From Minisyncoccota bacterium (GTDB lineage Bacteria > Patescibacteriota > Minisyncoccia > Phycocordibacterales > Zambryskibacteraceae): a stretch of 64,000 nt of DNA. The DNA is taken from positions 56,289 to 120,288 of the forward strand of contig JANWHY010000008.1 in assembly GCA_025450175.1 (NCBI GenBank), given 5' to 3'. Below, in pieces: positions 57,254-64,000 of the stretch. Every line of letters begins with the position of its first letter. Position 1 is the stretch's first letter. The notes under the pieces were generated by a model, which made no database searches, was not told the DNA's origin, and saw only the letters and a program-made list of their open reading frames with translations. The position numbers were made by a program, and so were the translations under genes.

Positions 57254-57931
57254 TTGAGAGGAACCGTAAGAGCCCGGTAGTCGAGCGTCGAACCAGCGAG
57301 AATGCGCTTCCCCTACGTTGAGTTCTTTTTGGAACCGCTTGTAGCGGAAGCAGATTGATCGGTGGTTAAGTCTTTCATCGACTAGCTTCGCCCGGACGAA
57401 ACCCGCAAGCATGTGCATATAGACGTGAGGTAAGGTTGCGAGGAAAAGTTCATGCTCGAAGAGTTCTTGCAGACTCCTTGCTGGAACAATAGGGAAGGAG
57501 AATAGCCATTCTAGATACTTCATACGATGCTCTGTCTTTACATTGAGCTTCGAGCAGGCATGAAGCATGAACCTAATTGATCCAAAAAAGGGAGTTTGAG
57601 AAAAACAGCCTCTCCCTTCTCTGTCTAGGTTGTATTCCATCTGGTGGAAGATCGCTTCCCCTAAGCCCCGGCATTTTTCAGGTAGGGAGTGAGTTGTGTC
57701 TTGCCACAGCGTGATGTAATGCCTACAGGTCTGCCTAAACTGATAGAGAGCCTCCACTACGAGAGCTCGTTCTTCCTCTCTGAGGGAGAACTGCCTCACT
57801 AGTTTTTCCAACAGCCGTCTCTCAACGTTGAGGAATGTTGCCTCTTTGGTGTCCTGGGGCAGATGATTGCCCAAGATCGCCTCTAAGCGTTCCGTTGCGT
57901 CCATCTGCCACCTCCATGTATAAAATAACAT
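57251..57931 (-). CDS. hypothetical protein with atypical composition (W/H/C/R-rich)
   Basis: 226 aa ORF, codon choice visibly different from neighbours (frequent CAG, CTG, AGG, CGG), no recognisable motif, own terminator. Confidence 0.55.
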   Translation of the reverse strand: MLFYTWRWQMDATERLEAILGNHLPQDTKEATFLNVERRLLEKLVRQFSLREEERALVVEALYQFRQTCRHYITLWQDTTHSLPEKCRGLGEAIFHQMEYNLDREGRGCFSQTPFFGSIRFMLHACSKLNVKTEHRMKYLEWLFSFPIVPARSLQELFEHELFLATLPHVYMHMLAGFVRAKLVDERLNHRSICFRYKRFQKELNVGEAHSRWFDARLPGSYGSSQ

Positions 57932-58031
57932 ATAATTTTAAATTGTCAAATTATATTAAATACGTTTTTGTGTATCTTGATTTTTAGCGCTCCTTTTAGT
58001 ACAGTAACAGTCTCCTTCGGGAGGGTTTTTA

Positions 58032-58445
58032 ATGTCTACTATCAACCAATTAGTAAGAAAGAAAAGAAAGAAGGTGACCAGGAAAACCAAGGCCATCGCT
58101 CTTACTCGCGGTTTCAATAACACCAAGAACCGCCCTGTCTTTTATAACTCACCCTTCAAGCGCGGTGTGGCTACCAAGGTCACCACTAAGACTCCTAGGA
58201 AGCCTAACTCCGCTATTAGAAAAATTGCTCGAGTCCGTCTTACCAATGGTATGGAAGTTACGGCCTACATCCCTGGTATTGGTCACAATCTCCAAGAACA
58301 CTCAGTAGTACTTATCCGAGGTGGTCGCGTGAAGGATGTAGGGCTCCGCTACACTATTGTACGTGGCAAGCTCGATACCTCTGGAGTAGAAACTCGAAGG
58401 CAAGCAAGAAGTCAATATGGAGCCAAACGTCCTAAGGCCAAATAA
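58032..58445 (+). CDS. rpsL: 30S ribosomal protein S12
   Basis: ...[45 protein letters not shown]...; ~13 aa insertion near the N-terminus relative to E. coli S12. Confidence 0.95.
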   Translation: MSTINQLVRKKRKKVTRKTKAIALTRGFNNTKNRPVFYNSPFKRGVATKVTTKTPRKPNSAIRKIARVRLTNGMEVTAYIPGIGHNLQEHSVVLIRGGRVKDVGLRYTIVRGKLDTSGVETRRQARSQYGAKRPKAK

Positions 58446-58447
58446 AA

Positions 58448-58918
58448 ATGAGACGCAAACTTAAAGCCAAGCCCAAGATTGTTCCAGATTACACCTATGA
58501 ATCAGAGAAGGTTTCTAAATTTATAAACTACTGCATGCAAGAGGGGAAGAAGAACACGGCTAGAAAGGTTGTGTATGACTCATTCGCCATCATTAAGGAG
58601 AAGGCGAAGACTGAGGATCCTTTAGGCATTTTTGAAACTGCGCTCAAGAACACTGGACCTATGATGGAGGTGCGTTCGAGACGAGTGGGTGGTGCCAACT
58701 ATCAGATCCCTCGCGAAGTGCGTCCAGAGCGACGCCAATTTCTCTCTATGAAGTGGATCGTAGATGCTGCTCGCAATAAAAAGGGTAAACCTATGGCCGA
58801 GAAGCTTGCCGAAGAGATTATCGCAGCATCGAACAACGAAGGTGATGCAGTCAAGAAGCGTGAGAACACTCACAAGATGGCTGAGGCTAATAAGGCTTTC
58901 GCTCATTTCGCCTGGTAA
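58448..58918 (+). CDS. rpsG: 30S ribosomal protein S7
   Basis: 156 aa S7 family. Confidence 0.95.
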   Translation: MRRKLKAKPKIVPDYTYESEKVSKFINYCMQEGKKNTARKVVYDSFAIIKEKAKTEDPLGIFETALKNTGPMMEVRSRRVGGANYQIPREVRPERRQFLSMKWIVDAARNKKGKPMAEKLAEEIIAASNNEGDAVKKRENTHKMAEANKAFAHFAW

Positions 58919-58937
58919 TTCAATATTTAAACTAACA

Positions 58938-58976
58938 AAGGCTCGGTGCCCTTGTTAGGGCGCCGAGCCTTTTGTG
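58938..58976. terminator. rho-independent terminator after rpsG (bidirectional)
   Basis: aaGGCTCGGTGCCCttgttaGGGCGCCGAGCCttttgtg. Confidence 0.7.
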
Positions 58977-59195
58977 TCATGCGTGGTTATCGTGGCCGAG
59001 AGTCAGATCGCTGGTGTACACCCAATCCCTGAGCTCGATAATGTGGCTTTGGTTCTTGGCCACGATGTCGGCGTGGACTTTGTGAACACCCTGAGCGATT
59101 CTTGCTGTAACAGCTACTGGTGGCTTGAGAGTCAAGAAGCCTCGACGTTTTTCTTCGACTTCCCGTGCTGCTGCCTTGAGCTGGTCTTTAGTCAT
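58977..59195 (-). CDS. hypothetical 72-aa protein antisense to the str operon
   Basis: Minus-strand ORF MTKDQLKAAAREVEEKRRGF... preceded by a canonical RBS GGAGG 5 nt from ATG (ggaggtctatATG). Confidence 0.45.
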   Translation of the reverse strand: MTKDQLKAAAREVEEKRRGFLTLKPPVAVTARIAQGVHKVHADIVAKNQSHIIELRDWVYTSDLTLGHDNHA

Positions 59196-59289
59196 ATAGA
59201 CCTCCGGAAGTATTTATACTCCCTCTATCCTGAATTGCAACAGAAAGATCTTTGATATATAGTGAATTTGCGCACAGGCGCATTTTATT

Positions 59290-61452
59290 ATGGAGAGAGA
59301 TTACCCACTCGAAAGAGTCAGAAATTTCGGAATTATCGCGCATATTGATGCTGGGAAGACCACCACTTCCGAGCGTGTACTTTTTTATACAGGAGCACAA
59401 CATAAAATAGGTGAAGTGCACGAAGGTGAGACTACGACGGACTGGATGGAGCAGGAGCGCGAGCGTGGCATCACCATTACTGCTGCTGCTATCACTTGTT
59501 TCTGGGGTCCAACTTATCTCTCTGATGCAGATCGAAACGACAAGAATAAGAAAATTCGTTTTAATGTCATCGACACTCCGGGCCACATCGACTTCACTGT
59601 GGAGGTGAAGAGATCCCTTCGTGTATTAGATGGTGCAGTGGTTGTCTTCGATGGCGTGGCTGGTGTCGAGCCTCAGAGTGAGACTAACTGGCGTTATGCC
59701 GAAGAGGCACAGGTGCCACGTATCTGCTTTATCAATAAGCTTGACCGTACCGGAGCCTCGTTTGAACGCTCATATAAATCTATTCTTGATCGACTTTCTA
59801 AAAAGGCGGTACGCTTTCAAATTCCAATCGGCGAAGAGGAGCGCCATGAAGGTGTTGTCGATCTCTTGAAGATGAAAGCTTATTACTTCGAAGGTGAAAT
59901 GGGTAATAAGGTTGTGGAGAAAGAAATTCCCGATAATCTTGTAGAAGATGCTAAGAAATATCGTGCGGAGCTTGTCGAGCGCATAGTGGAGAACGACGAC
60001 GGTCTTATGAATGACTACCTCGAAGGTAAGGAGGCGTCACTCCCAGATCTTAAAAAGGTTTTGCGCAAAGCTGTTATTGAAAACAAAATTTTCCCTGTGA
60101 TGACAGGCTCCGCTTTGAAAAACAAGGGGGTTCAACTCGTGCTCGATGCTGTCGTAGACTACTTACCGTCTCCACTAGACATTCCGCCGATCAAGGGTAC
60201 TCACCCTGACACTGGAGAGGAGGTTATCCGCCATGCTTCTGACTCTGAACCTTTCTCAGCACTAGCTTTCAAACTTCAGGCGGATCCATTCGTCGGGCAA
60301 CTCACTTTCTTCCGTGTTTACTCCGGGACTATTGAGAGTGGTACTTATATTTATAATTCTACGACTGGTAGTAAGGAACGCCTAGGCCGCATTGTCCGTC
60401 TCCAAGCTGATAAGCGCGAAGAAGTGAAAAAAGTTTTTGCCGGAGAAATTGCCGCCGCTGTTGGTCTCAAGGATGCCAAGACTAGTCACACTTTCTCTGA
60501 CGAAGCCAATCCAATTATTCTCGACCAGATTACCTTCCCAGAACCAGTGATCTCTCTCCGTATAGAGCCCAAGACCAAGGCTGACCAGGAGAAGATGGGT
60601 ATGGCACTTAAGCGTCTATCTGATGAGGATCCAACATTTAAGATTAAGTCTGACCAAGAGACAGGTGAGACAGTCATTATGGGTATGGGCGAACTCCACC
60701 TCGAGATTATCGTCGACCGCATGAAGCGCGAGTTCGGCGTTGAGGCCAATGTGGGCAAACCTCAAGTAGCTTACAAAGAGACCATCCAAGGGGAGGCCGA
60801 AGTGGAGAACAAGTACATCAAGCAGACTGGTGGTAAGGGTCAGTATGGCCATGTGAAGATCAAGATCAAACCTCTCCCACAATACGATCCAGAGGACAAG
60901 GTGCCTAAGAACGCTCATCGCGAGCCTGGCTTCGAGTTCATCGACTCTATTAAGGGAGGGGTGATCCCCCAAGAGTTTATCCCTGCGGTAGAGAAGGGTA
61001 TTAAGGAGGCGATGGATCGTGGCATCCTTGCTGGCTACAAGATGACCGATATTTCTGCCGAACTTACTTATGGCTCTTACCACGATGTCGACTCTTCAGA
61101 AATCGCTTACAAGATTGCCGCTTCCCAAGCCTTCCAAGAAGCGGCTAGAAAGGCTCGACCAGTGATCCTAGAACCTATTATGAAGGTGGAAGTAGTGGTG
61201 CCGGAGAAGTTCATGGGTGATATCACCGGCAACCTATCTGGTAAGCGCGGACAGATCGAGGCTATGGAAGATAGGAGTGAGCTTAAGGTTGTGCGTGCCA
61301 AGGTGCCTCTCTCCGAGATGTTTGGATATGTAACTAGCCTCCGAAGTATGACCGAAGGCCGCGGCTCTTCAACTATGGAATTCGACCACTACGCTGTGGT
61401 GCCAAATAATGTTGCAACTGGAATTATCGAAGCTCGTACTGGGGGGAAGTAG
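59290..61452 (+). CDS. fusA: elongation factor G
   Basis: G1 [17 protein letters not shown], five-domain length; ~12 aa insertion in the G domain. Confidence 0.95.
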   Translation: MERDYPLERVRNFGIIAHIDAGKTTTSERVLFYTGAQHKIGEVHEGETTTDWMEQERERGITITAAAITCFWGPTYLSDADRNDKNKKIRFNVIDTPGHIDFTVEVKRSLRVLDGAVVVFDGVAGVEPQSETNWRYAEEAQVPRICFINKLDRTGASFERSYKSILDRLSKKAVRFQIPIGEEERHEGVVDLLKMKAYYFEGEMGNKVVEKEIPDNLVEDAKKYRAELVERIVENDDGLMNDYLEGKEASLPDLKKVLRKAVIENKIFPVMTGSALKNKGVQLVLDAVVDYLPSPLDIPPIKGTHPDTGEEVIRHASDSEPFSALAFKLQADPFVGQLTFFRVYSGTIESGTYIYNSTTGSKERLGRIVRLQADKREEVKKVFAGEIAAAVGLKDAKTSHTFSDEANPIILDQITFPEPVISLRIEPKTKADQEKMGMALKRLSDEDPTFKIKSDQETGETVIMGMGELHLEIIVDRMKREFGVEANVGKPQVAYKETIQGEAEVENKYIKQTGGKGQYGHVKIKIKPLPQYDPEDKVPKNAHREPGFEFIDSIKGGVIPQEFIPAVEKGIKEAMDRGILAGYKMTDISAELTYGSYHDVDSSEIAYKIAASQAFQEAARKARPVILEPIMKVEVVVPEKFMGDITGNLSGKRGQIEAMEDRSELKVVRAKVPLSEMFGYVTSLRSMTEGRGSSTMEFDHYAVVPNNVATGIIEARTGGK

Positions 61453-61673
61453 TTGGCAAAGATAGCCTAAAATAAGGGTTTTATACGAATTTGCTTGACT
61501 TTTAAATAAAAGAGGTGTATTATGATAGTAGAAGGTAGGGCTAGCTAAGTTCTCCAGCTTAGCTCCCATAAACACGGCGGCAGTGCCCAAGGAAGGCAGA
61601 ATAGTGGAGAGGAACACTCACACTCTATGCTGGAGGGGTCGTCCGTAAATAATAATTTTGGCGGCGTAACTGA

Positions 61674-61706
61674 GGGCATGGACTATTTGTGGTCCATGCC
61701 CTTTAC
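61674..61706 (+). terminator. hairpin terminator in the fusA-tuf spacer
   Basis: GGGCATGGACtatttgtgGTCCATGCCCtttac. Confidence 0.55.
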
Positions 61707-61850
61707 AATTTCTGGCCTTTTGTATAATATTGCTTACGCGTTATACGGCGTTTGACTGATCTTTGAGATCCTCTCAATACGATAGGTTAAGCGATTTGGT
61801 ATGCGTTCTTAAACTTATTCAGCAACTTATTAACTTATCAAATTAAATTT

Positions 61851-63044
61851 ATGGCAGCAGAATTCGATCGTTCCAAGCCACACATCAACGTAGGTACCAT
61901 CGGTCACGTTGACCACGGCAAGACTACCCTCACCGCCGCAATTTTGAATGTACTTAGTCGTGCAGGACATCAGGCGACAGTTAAGAGCGTAGATCAGATA
62001 GACAACTCACCAGAAGAGAAGGCGAGAGGTATTACTATTGCTCTCTCTCACTCAGAATACGAAACAGATGCAAGACACTACGCTCACGTAGATGCCCCAG
62101 GTCACGCCGACTACATCAAGAACATGATCACCGGTGCCGCTCAGATGGACGGTGCTATCCTCGTGGTAGCCGCTACTGACGGTGTGATGCCTCAGACCCG
62201 AGAGCACATCCTTCTTGCTAAGCAAGTGGGTGTGCCTAAGGTTGTAGTCTTCCTCAATAAGTGCGACATGGTCGCCGATAAGGAGCTCATTGCTCTTGTG
62301 GAAGAGGAGGTTCGTGACCTCTTGAAGAAGTATGACTACGATGGAGCCAATGCTCCTGTGATCCAGGGTTCAGCCCTCAAGGCTCTTGAGGCTAGTGGTA
62401 CTGATGACGAGTGGAGTAAGAAGATTCTTGAGCTCACAGGCGCTCTCGATACCTACTTCCCAGTGCCGGTGCGCGAGGTTGATAAGCCATTCCTCATGCC
62501 AATCGAAGACATCTTCTCGATCGAAGGTCGAGGAACTGTGGTAACTGGTCGTATTGAGAGAGGTAAGGTCAAGGTCGGTGAGGAAGTAGAGATCGTCGGT
62601 ATCAAGGATACGATGAAGACTACTGTCACTGGCATTGAGATGTTCAACAAGTCTCTCCAAGAAGGTATGGCCGGAGACAATGCCGGTATCCTACTCCGTG
62701 GTATCAAGAAGGAAGACCTTCACCGCGGTCAGGTACTTGCTAAGACTGGTTCTATCACTCCCCACACCAACTTCACTGCTGAGGTCTACATCTTGCAGAA
62801 GGAGGAAGGTGGACGTCACACCCCATTCTTCACTGGTTACAAGCCTCAGTTCTACATTGGTACTACCGATGTGACTGGAGAAGTAGCTCTCGCTGAAGGA
62901 GTGGAGATGGTAATGCCTGGCGATCTCGCGACCTTCACCGTCAAGCTCGTAGCACCGGTCGCTATCGAGCAGGGTCGACGCTTCGCTATCCGTGAGGGTG
63001 GCAAGACTGTCGGCGCCGGTACCGTTACAAAAGTTATTGCCTAA
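61851..63044 (+). CDS. tuf: elongation factor Tu
   Basis: [21 protein letters not shown]; 397 aa. Confidence 0.97.
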   Translation: MAAEFDRSKPHINVGTIGHVDHGKTTLTAAILNVLSRAGHQATVKSVDQIDNSPEEKARGITIALSHSEYETDARHYAHVDAPGHADYIKNMITGAAQMDGAILVVAATDGVMPQTREHILLAKQVGVPKVVVFLNKCDMVADKELIALVEEEVRDLLKKYDYDGANAPVIQGSALKALEASGTDDEWSKKILELTGALDTYFPVPVREVDKPFLMPIEDIFSIEGRGTVVTGRIERGKVKVGEEVEIVGIKDTMKTTVTGIEMFNKSLQEGMAGDNAGILLRGIKKEDLHRGQVLAKTGSITPHTNFTAEVYILQKEEGGRHTPFFTGYKPQFYIGTTDVTGEVALAEGVEMVMPGDLATFTVKLVAPVAIEQGRRFAIREGGKTVGAGTVTKVIA

Positions 63045-63048
63045 CAAC

Positions 63049-63447
63049 GTGGCAAAAGTTCCCTCAAAACCAAAAAGGGCTTCCAAGCCCAAGAAGACTC
63101 CTAGCGCCGACTCGCCAAAATCAAAGAAAGGGGAGGAGGTCACGAGCAGACTTCGCATCCGCGTGAGAGCTTATGAGTCGAAGATCCTTGACCTCTCGGT
63201 CAAGCAGATCATCGATACCGCTCTGCGCTATGATGCCGAGATCCAAGGGCCTATTCCCTTGCCTACGGAGATCAAGAAGTATACGGTCAACCGTGCCGCC
63301 TTCGTCTACAAGAACTCTCGTGAGCAGTTCGAGATGCGAGTCCATAAGCGACTAATCGATATCTTGAATCCTACGCCAAAAATTGTAGAATCTCTCACCA
63401 ACCTGAGTTTGCCCAGCGGCGTGAACATAGACGTCAAGCTTGTCTAG
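63049..63447 (+). CDS. rpsJ: 30S ribosomal protein S10 with Lys-rich N-terminal extension
   Basis: Core [15 protein letters not shown]...GPIPLPT...RVHKRLIDI matches S10; no ATG between the tuf stop and the core, so start is probably GTG 63049. Confidence 0.85.
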   Translation: MAKVPSKPKRASKPKKTPSADSPKSKKGEEVTSRLRIRVRAYESKILDLSVKQIIDTALRYDAEIQGPIPLPTEIKKYTVNRAAFVYKNSREQFEMRVHKRLIDILNPTPKIVESLTNLSLPSGVNIDVKLV

Positions 63448-63451
63448 CACC

Positions 63452-63895
63452 ATGACCAAGATTATTGCCAAGAAAGTCGAGATGAACCAGATCTTCTCTC
63501 TGAGCGGAGAGGTTTTTCCTGTTACTCTACTTGTGCGACCTGATGATAGTGGCGATCTTGCGGCTGCAGGACTTGTGGAAGGGGAGACTGTCACTGTTGT
63601 AGGGACCTCGAAGGGTAAAGGCTTCCAAGGTGTGGTCAAGAGGCACAAGTTTAAAGGGGGTCGACGCTCACACGGGCAGAAGCATTCTGAGCGCGAGGCG
63701 GGTTCTATCGGTGGAGGTGGTCGTGCTGGTGGGCGAGTGGTTAAGGGTATGCGCATGGCGGGCCGTATGGGAGGCGAGCGTGTCACGGTCAAGAATCTGC
63801 GGATCATTAAGCTTGTGCCTGAGACTCGAGAGATCTTTATCGGTGGAGCAGTGCCTGGTAGACGAGGAAGCTTGGTAGAGATAAGAGTAAAATAA
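63452..63895 (+). CDS. rplC: 50S ribosomal protein L3 (short form, ~148 aa)
   Basis: N-terminus KKVEMNQIF and TSKGKGFQGVVKRHKF, C-terminus MAGRMGGERVTVKNL match L3; lacks ~60 aa of the middle region; start ATG 63452. Confidence 0.85.
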   Translation: MTKIIAKKVEMNQIFSLSGEVFPVTLLVRPDDSGDLAAAGLVEGETVTVVGTSKGKGFQGVVKRHKFKGGRRSHGQKHSEREAGSIGGGGRAGGRVVKGMRMAGRMGGERVTVKNLRIIKLVPETREIFIGGAVPGRRGSLVEIRVK

Positions 63896-64000
63896 TGGAA
63901 ACAGCAATCTACAATCTAGAGGGCAAAAAGGCAGGAGACATCACCTTGCCAGAAAATGTTTTTGGCCTGAAGTGGAATGCTGACCTAGTGAAGCAAGTAG
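63895..64000 (+). CDS. rplD: 50S ribosomal protein L4 (5-prime partial)
   Basis: METAIYNLEGKKAGDITLPENVFGLKWNADLVKQV; ATG overlaps the rplC stop (TAATG); continues beyond the window. Confidence 0.8.
   Translation, partial: METAIYNLEGKKAGDITLPENVFGLKWNADLVKQV

Noticed and set aside
57932-58031. ctccttcgggagggttttt hairpin before rpsL as a terminator or attenuator
   Set aside because: Stem is only 4 bp with a UUCG loop, and GGAGGG 8 nt before the ATG is better explained as the rpsL RBS.
63131-63140. GGGGAGGAGG upstream of the S10 core, as a possible RBS
   Set aside because: No in-frame start codon follows within a usable distance; the run simply encodes Gly-Glu-Glu in the N-terminal extension.
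1-64000. Alternative genetic code (UGA=Gly, code 25) as in some CPR lineages
   Set aside because: TGA cleanly terminates ruvB, recJ and other well-conserved genes at their expected ends; standard code 11 fits.
1-64000. CRISPR arrays, transposases, integrases, prophage genes
   Set aside because: No regularly spaced direct repeats and no recombinase or transposase-like ORFs seen in six-frame translations.

Overview
Dense, almost entirely coding window from a small-genome bacterium. The gene content points to a monoderm Patescibacteria/CPR-like organism: compact housekeeping proteins, a split ComEC, a minimal type-IV-secretion-like operon and a type IV pilus locus. Standard genetic code is used, since TGA terminates ruvB. 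The housekeeping backbone is listed here in order. ruvB, yebC, ruvC. tyrS. A class A PBP. The chromosomal origin neighbourhood: dnaN and dnaA on the minus strand, diverging from rpmH, rnpA and yidC on the plus strand. rsmA and pcrA/uvrD. A LysM-M23 peptidase. comM/yifB. A TrmB-like regulator. dksA. An NYN RNase and rpsO. nusA and ppa. clpP. rny. hup. cca. A six-tRNA cluster: Arg, Gly, three Pro isoacceptors, Gly. yraN. xth. tpiA and pgk. A HIT protein. recJ and rnhA. comEC in two pieces with sodA between them. rpmB. An M50 protease. The str/S10 operon: rpsL, rpsG, fusA, tuf, rpsJ, rplC, start of rplD. The accessory or unusual content is the following. First, an 11-gene translationally coupled minus-strand operon (9552..20567). 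It encodes a VirB4-type ATPase, apparently preceded by a separately encoded N-terminal piece, plus a VirB6/TrbL-like polytopic protein and a VirB3-like two-TM protein. It also encodes a membrane-anchored M15/LAS-type peptidoglycan peptidase, which is a VirB1/PrgK analogue, and several secreted or bitopic hypotheticals. There is no VirD4, VirB11 or relaxase. Second, a type IV pilus locus (40215..47727) with a large Cys/Pro-rich surface protein, PilB, PilC, two prepilins and a giant minor-pilin-like protein. Smaller items are flagged as well. These are a compositionally atypical gene next to rpsL and an antisense small ORF with a strong RBS between rpsG and fusA. There is also a ~500 bp non-coding gap, a structured inverted repeat 3-prime of rpsO, and a candidate oriC between dnaA and dnaN. 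No CRISPR array or obvious transposase was seen.
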